Source: Eledone cirrhosa (taxonomy: Eukaryota). From it: a DNA stretch of 64,000 bases. The stretch is taken from NCBI GenBank assembly GCA_964016885.1, contig OZ024740.1:258044001-258108000 (forward strand), given 5' to 3'. Numbering within the stretch: position 1 is the first letter of the stretch; the number at the start of each line of letters is the position of its first letter. Shown in pieces: positions 35,346-49,167 of the stretch. A model generated the notes under the pieces. That model saw only the letters and a list, made by a program, of their open reading frames with translations. It made no database searches and had not been told where the DNA came from. A program made the translations under genes and the position numbers.

Positions 35346-36684
35346 GCAAAAGGAAAACGGAAGCAAGATAGGAAACAACACAGTGTATTGAAGAAATATG
35401 TCAGTTTAACGCTTGATATAGAAGGAAAAGTGTCTTTAGGTTTCGGAAGATAGAATGAGAAATAAAAGTAATAGAAAGAGAGAGTGTGAGGAAGAAGGAA
35501 AGGAAGTAACCATTTGGAGAAAAAAACTCGTGTGTAATCCGCCGGTGTATATATCTATATATATCCGTTTAATACCTCATTGATAATACGTTAATGATCA
35601 CAAATCGCGGAGTATTTCACGTCTATTTACAACTATAGTCAGTAGATCGACGTTTATTTACTTGAATAATATATATATATATATATATATATATGGGGGG
35701 GGGGCATGTATGTGTGTGTGTGTGTGTGCGCGCGCATGTGTGTGTGTCTGTGTCCGTGTGGGTGAGTGTGTATGTGTGGATATGTGTGATTCAATATTAC
35801 AAGACATTGGATAATTACAGTAACGAGACTTGCAAAATTTTGCATGTACGATGACTGGACCCAGCACCAATTGGTTGTAACCTACTTAATCACACAACCA
35901 TGTCTGTGCCTAGTATAATCTTAGATTTCAGTGGTACTTTATTTCATCGACCCCTAAAGTTTAAAGGCAATGTTGACGTCCATTGGCTTTGATCAAATAA
36001 CGCAAAATGGTGTATCAAATAACTCAAATTATTTTATCCGTTGCTTTAACGATTTTGGTAATCCACTGAATATAATTCACATTTTTATCGATATTTTAAA
36101 CATGATTGCTGAGTTAATTAATTTTCTACATAATTGAGCAGTGATTAATTTGTAGGCGGAACAGTCGCATTTCCCGATCACAGTTTTTAATGGTTGTTTA
36201 TTTTATTGGTACATCTGAATTCCTCTGTAATATCGGAATGAAAGCAACCCGTCTGGGGCAGACTGGCTGTTGCAGCGGATGTTGCTGGCCATTTGCCCGA
36301 AAAGCACAGCTGAAACAACGTCTAGACTTAGGTGTACAGTCTTTCACTCTCTTCCCTTACTCCTTTCTTTCTTACGTTGCCTAATAGTCTGTGCTATCTT
36401 TCGTCCTCTTGCTTTCATTTATGTCATTGTTAGTCCTTTCCAATACTACTTCATTTTTATATATGTTTGACTAAATATCAAATTCCATATTATTTTTATG
36501 AATTTTATCCTAGGAATATACTTGAGTATTTTGAAATAATCTACCAGTCATTTATTTTATCGATATCAGAAAAAGGAAAGAAAAAATTAACCTCAACAGA
36601 ATATTATCTCGGTAAGAGAAAGAACATATTCCATGAAGCGTTTTGTCCGAGATTGCTGACGGCAATTGAATGGATCCCCGTCGC

Positions 36685-36970
36685 TTTTCGTGATGAGTGT
36701 TCCACTTCTACCAATGAAACTGTCTGTTCATGAAATTTACGTCTAAGTGGCTGTGCATTACATGCTCACGTGTGCCCTTAACTCTATTCCCTGAAATTTC
36801 AGTATGACAAAGTATGATAACGCTGCTTTTGAATTACAAGTACAGTCCATGCAATCGGTTTCAAAACAGTTTCTATGTACCCAATTTCCCTCACAAGATT
36901 CGTCATTTGTCTAAGATGCCACACAATGGGACGGAATCTGAGAATTGAACTCTTGAACCATTCGTCTATG
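36685..36970 (-). mobile_element. Old SINE of a second (tRNA-headed) family
   Basis: Reverse complement resembles 49615-49892 (GAATTACA, GTGGCTGTG, GATGAGTG segments). Confidence 0.45.
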
Positions 36971-37829
36971 GTTCGTCTACATCAACATACTAATGATTCC
37001 CCCCCCATACACCACGCTAATTAAGTAATGTTTGTCAATTTATTTTGTATTTTGTTCAATTTCTTTCATAAACGTTCGTGTTAAACATATAATTGCCTTT
37101 AAATTTAATTATAGGAAAGTTCAACAACAAATGGCAAATATTTAGTTGGTTGTTGAATTAAATAAAAAGAGACTGGAAGTATATCCAATCAAGTAGACTT
37201 CAATTTCCTGAAATGTTGGTAAGCCTTATCAGCACCTGGCACCTATCTACTGTTTCTTCATTGTTAATGGGACCGGCGTTAGGATTATCTCCAAGTTGGG
37301 TGTCACCTAGAATGCAGACCACAGAGAGGTACATTATTGAACTTTAAAATTGCACAGTTGTATACACATTTTAATAAATATTTGTGATCAATCAATATAT
37401 TGCTTAATATCTCTGCCACGTATCATTGTTGCAAAGATATTCAAAGCCGGTGAAAATTTCAAATGGAGATATGACATATATGATTTTGTGCAGGTGAGTG
37501 TGGACAGTGTAATGAAAACTACAGGCTTAGTAATTGTGTTAATGTGATCAGAACAAAATGTGTCAAAAGCTAGGTTCATTAGCTTAACAAATTGTACGTT
37601 GAAATTGTTTTATCTGAGAGAATGGAGAGCATAATTGATAGAAGAGTGCACACATTGTATAGCTAGCCTAGGGAGCTAGCTCTGTGCGTTATCTATTTCC
37701 AGGTGTTTGAGAAAGACCCGGTAAAACTGTGTTCTTTCAAGGAATTTATTGTCTTTTCTATTGTATAAAGATGGTTGCAAGTTCAATATGTGTTATACTC
37801 AAACAATAATGTATTTGGGTCTCTTGCGT

Positions 37830-38100
37830 GCTGCTGAGTTGTTAGGGCGGTGTGCTTGCAATCATAATTCCATGTGATCGATTCCCAGAAAGGGCGGGGC
37901 ATCGTATCTGAAGGCAAAACACATTATTTCACGTTACTCCAGTTCCCTCAGCTGAAAAAACTCAATTGCAATGACACTGGTGCCAGATATTAGTATCATG
38001 GTATCATGGAGAGAGACAGGCATGCATAGATGTCTACCGATCTTCAAAAAAACACCATGTCAAGGCTTGAAGAGGCATGTCGATGGAAAATTAGCCCATT
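37830..38100 (+). mobile_element. Diverged tRNA-derived SINE
   Basis: GATCGATTCCC B-box-like segment followed by GCAAAACACATTATTTCACGTTACTCCAG, similar to 39985-40110. Confidence 0.5.
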
Positions 38101-38640
38101 TGCTGTGTTAAGAAATGGTAAAATATTTGGCATAATTGGACATCGATCGGTTAGAAACAAAAACATAATTATTTCAAAAAAGAGTAATATTTAGCGTAAT
38201 GTAACCTTCGATATTCTGTGTGATTAATGATAGATCACTGCCTGAAACGCCGAACTATCTTATCTCTCTTCTTCCACAGTGTTTTATAAATGGACTTTGC
38301 AATATATCGTTGATTTGATTGCTGCTGCTTATCAGGATATAAATTAATTCGTTTGATATCATCTAACCACAAGACGCAAATTTACATACGACTGAGGGTC
38401 GATATTTCATTAATAAATATAATAATAGCCCTATGTGTACTTGCCAAACACCTAGTGTATAGTATTATGGATTTTGAAAGATAAGGTCAAGGTCGGATAA
38501 ATTTGAAATCAATATTCAAACAAATTTTCTTTAATAATTTGTCCTATATGTTACTGTTTCCCAATATTACGCTATAGAAGAAATAAAACATAACAAATTT
38601 GCAATGTTTGTAAGCAATCATACACACGCACACGCGCGCG

Positions 38641-38739
<99 letters not shown>

Positions 38740-39029
38740 GAGATAGGGCAAAGAAGGAGAGAGGGGCAGAAACAGATAGGTCTACAAACAGATACATACA
38801 TACATACATTCATACATACATAGATACATACATAGATACATATATACATACATATATATATACCAAGTCTTGAATAATATTCCTTGATTTGTATATAACT
38901 TATATATTATATTTCCTTTCATATATTTCTATAACTAGAAAAATTTCATATCAGCTAAATTAACTTATTAGCTACCTACACACTTAATTAACAAGTTTCT
39001 TACCTATTTATCTAATTAACTGTAAGTAT

Positions 39030-39081
<52 letters not shown>

Positions 39082-39093
39082 ACACACACATCA

Positions 39094-39148
<55 letters not shown>

Positions 39149-39180
39149 AACACACACACACACAGATATATATATATATG

Positions 39181-39218
<38 letters not shown>

Positions 39219-39234
39219 GTATATGTATGTATGA

Positions 39235-39311
<77 letters not shown>

Positions 39312-39839
39312 GTGTCTATGTGTCTATGTGTTATCGAAAGAAGTACCATACCGTACTGAGATAACTAGATAACTATAAATCTAATTATTTTTATATCTCA
39401 TTTGAAGAAATGTTAGCATTATAATTAGACAAAAGCTGATAATTTCGTTTCTAATTAGCATAATGTTTACTTCTCCTTTTAATGAACAAAGCAATCACGC
39501 ACGCTGCAAATTAGCATTATGTTCATAGTTGTCGACCAGAGGAAATCTGTCTAGTGAACAATATGGTTACAAAGACATCTCATTAACTATTTGCTTAACT
39601 ATATATCTAATTATAATATTTCTTACCTGCAAATTTAATTAACAATTAGGTTGCCCGTATATCAAATTAGAAATGAATTTTGAGACTTAATTGACAAGTT
39701 AGCAGCCATTTTCAAAGATGGTTGCATTCAAATAAATAGAAAGAATCACAAAAGTTTTCAATGGCACACATACATACAAATGTGAACAGATTCAAAGATA
39801 TTGACATATACATGTATGAAGCGATATATACTGAAATGC

Positions 39840-39972
<133 letters not shown>

Positions 39973-39984
39973 TGTGTGAATGTG

Positions 39985-40189
39985 CGTGGCTAAGTGGTTA
40001 GAGAATAAAATTCGCAGTCATGGGATTGTGATTTCGATTCCCAGACTGGGCGATGCGTTATGTCCTTGAGCAAAACACTTTATTTCAAGTTGTTCCTTCT
40101 GCCTGGAGTTGCGACCGATAAATAGTATTAGCAATTGGAAAGACCAATGGAAACATTTTCCTTCGGTCCGATTTCCCCAGATAAGGTCT

Positions 40190-40190
<1 letters not shown>
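39985..40190 (+). mobile_element. tRNA-derived SINE with CORE-like central segment
   Basis: A box TGGCTAAGTGG, B box TTTCGATTCC, then TGTCCTTGAGCAAAACACTTTATTTCA. Confidence 0.65.
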
Positions 40191-40247
<57 letters not shown>

Positions 40248-40884
40248 TATATATATGCTAATGTTCATATGCATATATATATGTATATACCTACACACAC
40301 ACACACAAACACAAACACACACATATATATATATATATATTTATTTATATATTGACACATGCAGTAACATCAATAAAAAATGTAACAGTCCATATTGAAG
40401 CCAGAGGAGAAATGTGGGCAATATAAGAATTAAGGAAGCCTTGCTCATACGTAGACTAGATTAAAACTCAGCATACAATACTTGACATAAAAAGATGCAC
40501 CAACACGTAGACACATGCAACCTAAACAACATCTCATACAAAATAACGAAACTTCCATGAAATACTACATCCGCAATTGACGTCATTCTTGTCGTGAATA
40601 ACAATGTAACCATCAAACAATGCTTGAAAGCGGTTTATAAAATTAAATCTAAATTTAATCCTAAAGAGAAGAAAACGGAACAATTTTCCTCTGACAGTTC
40701 CTTATGCTCTGAAGAAATGAATTTTAAATCCTGAAATATTATGAGGAAAGAAACAAACACAAAACAAAACAAAGATTACCATGTAACTTACTTTTTCCTT
40801 ACCTTTATCTTAGCGTCCATTTTGCATTCTTTAGTCATATATCTGTTTCCATATTATATATTATATACAATGCTGCTTCAAGCA

Positions 40885-41067
40885 AACTGCAGCATTGGCA
40901 CTATCGGTAGAACGTTAGACCATGCTTTACAGCATAGAGTTATGCCTCTTTGCATTCTCAGTTCAAATCCCGCCGAGGTTAATTTATCTTTCATTCTATA
41001 GGGGTCGATAAAATAAAGTAGTAGTAATGCACTGGGTAATTGCTAGCCTTGTATCAAACATAGAAAC

Positions 41068-41072
<5 letters not shown>
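40885..41072 (+). mobile_element. SINE copy (~200-bp family)
   Basis: AGTTCAAATCCCGCCGAGG...GGGTAATTGCTAGCCTTGTATCAAACATAGAAACAATT. Confidence 0.8.
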
Positions 41073-41108
<36 letters not shown>

Positions 41109-41541
41109 GTTATACTTTGGCAGCGTCATGTTGCCAATAAGAAATACTCGCACCAGTTGCTTTCACTTCAATTTATTATAAATTTCCGGTTGGCTGGTTC
41201 CACAACCGGATGGTTGTTCATATATTGTCAAAGTTCTTTTGTCACACATTCTGTGGCCTCATCGGTGACTGGGGATTCTTTTCTTCGTTTTGTGCCTCTC
41301 CTTTGTTCTATCCTACGCCATCTTGTTTTTGTGTGTGTTGTGTGCTTAGTTTGCGTACGTGTTACATTCCGGTGTCTGTGTGTGTTTGTATTTGTTTATT
41401 TACATGTTACTAGTTAGTTGTTTGTTCTATGTGTGTGTTTTTTTCATTTTGTCCTTAATTATATGTTGTGATGTTGCTATTCCATTGATGTTTTCTACTT
41501 AATTTTGGTTTGAGTTTATGTTTATTGCCTCTGTGATTTGT

Positions 41542-41847
41542 CTAAACATTGTTTATTTTCTGTGTAGATTTTATTTTTACTTCTAAGTTCTCTAATTTGC
41601 CCATATATTCTATTTTAGCATGTTGGTGGAGTAAAGATGAGTCTTTTCTATCTTGGAGTTCTCGCCAGTGTTCATTTAATCGTTCTCCTATGCTACGAGC
41701 TGTCTCACCTATGTACATTATATTCTTATCTTTACATTGTCCCTCAGTACATCTTATGCTATATACTATGTTTCTAGTTTTACAGTTAATATGGGGGCTT
41801 AGTTTACAGATTATGCATTTCTTATCTATACAGGGAGGTTTTTGCAA
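41542..41847 (-). pseudogene. PLE C-terminal GIY-YIG endonuclease with Cys-rich linker
   Basis: CIDKKCIIC...CKTRNIVYSIRC...C...MYIGETARSIGERLNEH...SLLHQH. Confidence 0.88.
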
Positions 41848-41907
41848 AGGGTATTATTACTAATAAGTGTTTTATGGAGGTACCTGGTCTTTCCACTATC
41901 TTAATAT

Positions 41908-43086
41908 TTAGTTTAAGTTTATGTGCGCCCTTCTAAATTTGTAAGCTAGTTCACCTCTAGAGTTTGTATTGATGAACATTGCACTCTGGTATTTATTACT
42001 ATCATAACATGAGTTTATTTTATTAACCTTATTCCTAGTTCTTTCTATTCTATTCCAAAATTTGCTCCTATACAAGATGCAAGTCCTATTTGTATCATTA
42101 TTTACCATTTTTTCCCATTTGGTTCTGGCTCCTCTATATACTCTGATTTTATCTATCTGATTGTAACCAGAGAACTGCATACGGTGGATGAAGTGTTGTA
42201 TGTGTCTCTCTAGTTCTTTGGGGCTGCACACGCGGGACGCGTTCTTCATCACCCTTACTAAATCCGCAATCAGTATGTTGATTTTGGTGTGATCCGAAAC
42301 AACTGAGTTTCGGTGGATCAGATATTTAGAAGTCATGGGTTTGGCGTAATAGGAATGGAGGATTTGTGTTTTGTTATTAATTGTTTCTAACCAGAGCTCT
42401 GTGTCTAGTACAGGTAATCGATGGTTACGGTGTTTGCTTGGGTAGTCTATAGTAACTTTGATACTCTGGTGGATGGAGTTAGCTATTTGCTGGATGCTTT
42501 CCATGGTGTTTTTCTCTAATTCCTGACTGTTTTCTAGTGGGGGTGTGTTTACTACGATGTTTATATCATCAACGTAGCGGGAGTACATCAGGGTTAAGAG
42601 ATTGTTGTCTTCTAATTGTTTCTTAAGTTTATTGTCCCACCATACCATAAATAGGTTAGCTATGTCACCTGCAATGCTTACGCCAATGGCTGCTCCCTCC
42701 TCTTGGGCATATGTTTTTCCATTAACTTTGGACATATGTTCCTTAAGTGTTAGTTTTATACTGGCCCCCACCGCATGTGCAATCATTTTGTTTAATTCAT
42801 CATGGTTTTCGGGGGTCCGTATGGCTCTGGTCCACCCGTTCCATCTTTCTGTGTTAGTTTTCTTTTCCATTGAAGTAATGGTAGGTGGTCTTGCTGGCCT
42901 TGAGGGGCAGGGGTTGCTAAGGTCATATGTATTTAGGTAATCATTATTAAATGTGAGTTTAAGTAGGAGTCCCAGCGCACTGGTATCAATCCCACGGAAT
43001 TCAACATTGCTCTCACTGATCATTTCCACGAATTTCTCCACAGCACAATCCACGTCAAAGGATGGGTATAGGGACATTACATCCAT
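41908..43086 (-). pseudogene. PLE reverse transcriptase (392-aa open segment; homology continues across stops/frameshifts to ~43440 and 41490)
   Basis: MDVMSLYPS (motif A), QEEGAAIGVSIAGDIANLFMVWWD (motif B'), YSRYVDDI (motif C), LPVLD, YAKPM. Confidence 0.9.
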
Positions 43087-44946
43087 ACTACCTATTATAG
43101 TCTGTTAGGTCCCTAGACAGGTTATTTTCGCTGATTCTCCTGAGGAGGTCCTCCGTGTTGTCACACATATCCGGAGACATTTCGATGATGGGGCGTACGA
43201 TCAGGGAGAGGAAGTAGGAAAGTCTGTAGTTGCTAGCAATGTTAGCAGACTGGCCGTGTTGGTGGTCCTGTGACTGGGTCCCTGTTCGTCTTATGGTCTT
43301 TTCGAAGCCCATACAACGCTGGCACGTCATTGTTCCAGGCCTGGAAGTTGTTGGCAGTCCGTTTATTGGGCTGCATTATGTTTGTCCACCTCATCATATG
43401 AGCATTGAGGGTTTTCTCCCTATCCTCATGCTCTTGTGGTTTACTTTTATTGCGTGAATTACTCAAATTTAATGGAAAAACATATGCCCAAGAGGAGGGA
43501 GCAGCCATTGGTATTAGCATTGCAGGTGACATAGCTAATCTGTTTATGGTATGGTGGGAAAAAAACTTAAAGGACAATTAGAAGACAATAATCTCTTAAC
43601 CCTGATTATGTACTCCCAATACGTTGCTGATATAAACATCGTAGTATAAACACCCCCACTAGAGAACAGTCAGGAATTAGAGAAAAACACCATGGAAAGC
43701 ATCCAGCAAATAGCTAACTCCATCCACCAGAGTATCAAAGTTACTATAGACTACCCAAGCAAACACCCCAACCATCAATTACCTGTACTAGACACAGAGC
43801 TCTGGTTAGAAACCATTAATAACAAAAAACAAATCCTCCATTCCTATTACGCCAAACACATGACTTTCAAATATCTGATCCACCGAAATTCAGATGTTTC
43901 GGATCACACCAAAATCAACATACTGATTGCTGATTTAGTAAGGGTGATGAGGAACGTGTCCCGCATGTGAAACCCCAAAGAACTAGAGAGACACATACAA
44001 CACTTCATCCACCGTATGCAGTTCTCTGGTTACAATCAGATAGATAAAATCAGAGTATATAGAGGAGCCAAAACCAAATGGGAAAAAAAATGGTAAATAA
44101 TGATACAAATGGGACCTGCCCCTTGTGTAGGAGCAAATTTTGGAATAGAATAGAAAGAACTAGGAATAAGGTTAATAAAATAAACTCATGGTATGATAGC
44201 AATAAATACCAGAGTGTAATGTTCATCGATACAAACCCTAGAGGTGAACTAGCTTACAAATTTAGAAGGGCTCTAGATAAACTTAAACTAAATATTAAAA
44301 TAGTGGAAAGACTAGGTAACTCCACAAAACACTTATTCGTAATACATACCCTTTTCAAAGACCTCCCTTTATAGATAAGAAATGCATAATCTGTAAAGTA
44401 AGCCCCCATATTAACTGTAAAACTAGAAACATAGTATATAACATAAGATGTACTGAGGGACAATGTAAAGATAAGAATATAATGTACATAGGTGAGACAG
44501 CTCGTAGCATAGGAGAACGGATAAATGAACACTCGCGAGAACTCCAAGATAGAAAAGACTCATCAGTAATCCACTAACATGCTAAAATAGAACATAAGGA
44601 CAAATTAGAGAACGTAGAAATAAAAATAAAATCTACACACAAAAAAGACGCAATGTTTAGACAAATCACAGAGGCAATAAACATAAATGAACTCAAACCA
44701 AAATTAAATAGAAAACATGAATGGAATAGCAACATCACAACTTACAATTAAGGACAAAATGAAAACACACACACATAGAACAAACAACTAACTAATAACA
44801 TGTTTTTAAACAAATAAATAAACAAATAAAAACACACACAGACACCGGGATGTAACATATGCGCAAACTAAGCACACAACACACACAAAAACAAGATGGC
44901 ATAGGACACAATAAAGGAGAGGCACACAACAAAGAAAAGAATCCCC

Positions 44947-44990
44947 AGTCACTGATGAGGTCACAGAATGTGTGACGAAAGAACGTTGAC
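44947..44990 (+). ncRNA. Hammerhead ribozyme motif (family A) in PLE terminal repeat; mutated mirror copy at 41227-41270 (-)
   Basis: GTCA-CTGATGA-GGTCAC-AGAATGT-GTGAC-GAAA-GAACGT-TGAC; cores intact but stem III/cleavage triplet altered. Confidence 0.75.
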
Positions 44991-46652
44991 AATATATTAA
45001 CAACCATCCGGTTGTGGAATCAACTAACCAACTGGAAATTACATAATAAATTGAAGTGAAAGTAACTGGTGTGTGTGTTTCTTATTGGCAACATGACCCT
45101 CCCAAAGTATAACAATATCGGTTACAACACACGTTTTCAGATAAAGAATCTTGCTAAACAAATTCAGAAACGAAATATATATATATATATATATTGTTAT
45201 ACTTTTGCTACAAATTAAAATACAATCTACATTTGATATTTCATTTCAGTTTATTATTTAGTTCAGTAATTAATCCAGTCCCTTGTTAGTTTATAACCCG
45301 TTTGGGTGGTTAATTGTAAATTGTCAAATCTTTTTTGTCGCACCCCCTATGACTTTCTCAATGCCTATTCAGAAGAAAAAGAAATTAAATAATCGGATAG
45401 ATAAATCGGCCCAACGAAACAATATTTCCTGTTGTCTCTCCATTGCTGATACAATCTACCAGTCTTGCTTCTTCGCCGATAATTCTCTATTAAATTCTAC
45501 GCAATGTTTTAACTATATGTTATGAAATCGCAGACATGTGGATTCTACATTATTTAACAAATCTGTCGTATAAAACTAACAAGACTACCTGGAATCATAT
45601 GAATGTGCTGTGGGATTTAGTCTACAACACATCATATAATCTCTATGAGATCACTGGATAAATCGCGCGTCTGTTAACATATTGTATGGCTATTGTGTGA
45701 ATGTAAGGATGGATATGCAGGGAAAGAGAAATAAAGAGAGAAACACAGTGAGAATTTTGGGAGGAGAATGAGGGGTAAGGATAGAAATGAAAGGTAGAGA
45801 TAAAGAAAAGAATGAGTTGAAAAATAAATCCCTGTGTGCTTTTGTGTGAATATTTTATGTGTGAGTGTGAAGAACGACTTCTATATGGTGAGAGAGGGTG
45901 AATATAGCAATGCAAAGCGAGAGGAGATGATGACAAAGTGGAAAACAGGGTGCAGTAGAGTGTGAGATGGTAAGTAAAAAGGGGTGAAGGAAGTAATAGA
46001 TAAAGAAAAAAACTTAATTTGAGATAAAAACAGCGTGGGACGAAAGACAAAATGTTTGTGTGTATGTGTAAGGGAGTAAGTGGGAACGAGAGAGAATATG
46101 CGTGAGCAAATGTAAGAGTTAAAACGATAACAATGAGAGGGAAGGAGCAGAGTAAACGAGATATAATTAGAGTGAAAGAGAAAGAAAAGGAGTGAGGGAG
46201 TAAAATGTATAAGTGGACCCAGGAAGTGTGAGAGGAAGATGGAGAGAAAGATGACAGTAGAGGAGGAATAGTAACAACGTACAAGGGAAGTTTTCACAAA
46301 AAAAAAAAAAAAAAAAAAAATACGAACAAAAACATATGGAATGCTAGACTGAAGCAATTAGCTTTTAAAATAACAACAACAACAATAACAATAATGAAAA
46401 TAACAAAGACAACAACATCAACAATAATGACAATAGCAATAACAATAATAACAACAAGAAAAGGGAGGCAATAACAACATCAACAAGACAATTATGATAA
46501 GATCACTATGCGAGTAGATGGTGTCATACTGCCCTCGCTATGAAAGACTAATTAACAGAGCTAGGCCTCGTTCCACGTAATTTCTGCGGGTAAGGGAAAT
46601 ACACGGAACAATTTAAAAAAAAAAATGTTACACACATACAGACAAACCCACG

Positions 46653-46788
<136 letters not shown>

Positions 46789-46844
46789 TACATATACACA
46801 TATATATATATATATATACATGTATATATATTATATATATATAT

Positions 46845-46926
<82 letters not shown>

Positions 46927-46945
46927 ATATATTATATATATATAT

Positions 46946-47017
<72 letters not shown>

Positions 47018-47605
47018 ATATATAAATATGAAACAAAAGGAAAATGAATATAAATAAGTATATGTATGTGTGTGTGTGTGTGTAATGAATGAATAAAAAG
47101 TAAAAGATGAAAATGAAACAGGATTAGAATAAAGGGTGGTTAATATAAGCGGGTGGGGAAGTAGCGATAACCTAATGGTATTTTGCCACGTTTTCGACTT
47201 AGGCCGGGGGTGGTGGGGATTAGAAACTTTATAGAAACAGAAACAGAATGAAAAAAGAAAACCCTGAAAAGTAGGGGTATGGCTAGCTATATAATGGTCG
47301 AATGCTTCGTGCGAAAAAGAAGTCTCTAACAGATCGAAAATGTCGTCGGTATGGTGGTCGTTTGTTGAAAGGGACACGACTGACATGGCGGTACAAAATG
47401 GTGACAACTGGTTATTTATTTTACTAAATCACCGTATGTTTTTTTCTTTTTCGCTTATTACAATTCTATATCAAAGAAGGATTCACTGACCTGGCAGTGT
47501 CAAACGCCTCTTGATTTGTCGCCTGTTTATTTATTTTTTCATTTTGTTTTCTTGATTTCTTTCATTTGTCTTTCAAATCCTACACCACACCGCATAACTG
47601 TATAA

Positions 47606-47690
<85 letters not shown>

Positions 47691-47789
47691 TATGTATACG
47701 TACATACATATATGTACGTATGTACGTATACATACTTATATTTAAATATCAGCCGTACTAAGAATGAAAAATGAAATTTCATTTTTTCC

Positions 47790-47824
<35 letters not shown>

Positions 47825-47837
47825 CATTCATACACAA

Positions 47838-47914
<77 letters not shown>

Positions 47915-49167
47915 TATATCTTTTACATTGTTATCGGTTCCAGCCTAAGAACTGTGGCCATGCTGGTGCACCAATTAGATGTTGTGATGGAGTCAAAGAT
48001 GTTACTCAAGCCGGAGTCAAATAATGTTAATGCAAAAAAAACAAAAAAAATACACACACACTCACACTTACATATACACACATATATACGTACATATGTA
48101 CATACACCCGTATAGTGCTTTAATTTCTCTAAATTTCTCCCCCCCCCCTCCTCTAACAACTCACGTTTAATCTAGTTTAGGTCTTCCTCCTCCAACCAAT
48201 GTACATCAACTCCTCCTCTTTGATATAACCACTCTCTCACATCATGACTTATTTCAGTGCACTATCTTCCAGTTCTCTCTCCCTCTCTTGCTATTACTCT
48301 CTTTCTCTCCCACTCCCCCTCTCTCCGTCTATTCATTTACTCACCTCTACTCGCTTTGCTTATCCACCCGATTAACCACTTCATTGTTGTCTTCGTTCCT
48401 CCGTCCCACCCGCATCATGACCAATCCGCTACGTTACTGGTGTCCCACGCCTTACACCTGCCTCATCACCGTTACTGTCGACACTCTGCAGTCTCGACTA
48501 ACCTCTGCCAGGAATATTCTGCCCCCAGCATCCACTATCACCTCAAGTGTTTTCCCTCTAACCAATGATAGATTCTCTTCTAGGTCGTTTGAGCTACGAG
48601 AAATAACAGCAATCATCCTTCTACCAATAACAACCTACCTTCTTTTAAAAAGAAACCACACCATTGGATAATGTAGTCTTAGATATACTGCATCTGAATA
48701 AAAGACATGATTTTTACAATTAGAATGTGTTTGCTTATCATACGATCGCTAAAGAACAACAACAGCATCAACAATAACAATAATATTAGAGTCTGTGTTA
48801 GAGCTTCTACTTGGTTTCATGGCATGCTAGTCATAGCATTTGGTACTCCTTCATATATCTTATATATACCTAACCGTCCATATAGCTATTGTTGGAGTGA
48901 CAAAATTGTATTATTTATCTTTATTTAGATGTTAAGAAGAAACTATATTATGAATACTCTTGTCTATGGAATGTTCTTCCAGTTACACATTAATTCCACG
49001 AGCAAGAAGTTCCGTTGACTGAAACAACTGGAGCAATCATGGCCGAGACTAGACTGGATCTTGTCTCACCTGGGGCTAAACCCTTAAAGATTAAGGAAGT
49101 CGATCGAAGAACAGTTAAATTTCCTTTAAATTACACACTGTCATCTTTAAAAGAGGGTTATATAGTA

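Larger units (their letters stand above)
41107..45172. mobile_element. Penelope-like retroelement in inverted (divergent) configuration: minus copy ~41107-43455, plus copy ~43467-45172
   Basis: 43467-45117 mirrors 41107-42725; RT and GIY-YIG remnants in both arms; terminal repeats contain HHR motifs; (TA)n at both outer ends. Confidence 0.9.

Noticed and set aside
37100-37790. Possible host exon or old LINE RT remnant on the minus strand (LAFDTF segment)
   Set aside because: Too degenerate to assign; no convincing exon boundaries with an open frame.
39985-40060. tRNA gene
   Set aside because: A/B boxes are present but no cloverleaf; continues into a SINE body.
45643-46357. 213-aa and 158-aa minus-strand ORFs; similar 48257-48671 plus-strand ORFs
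   Set aside because: Purine/pyrimidine-skewed low-complexity DNA depleted of stop codons on one strand; no domain recognised.
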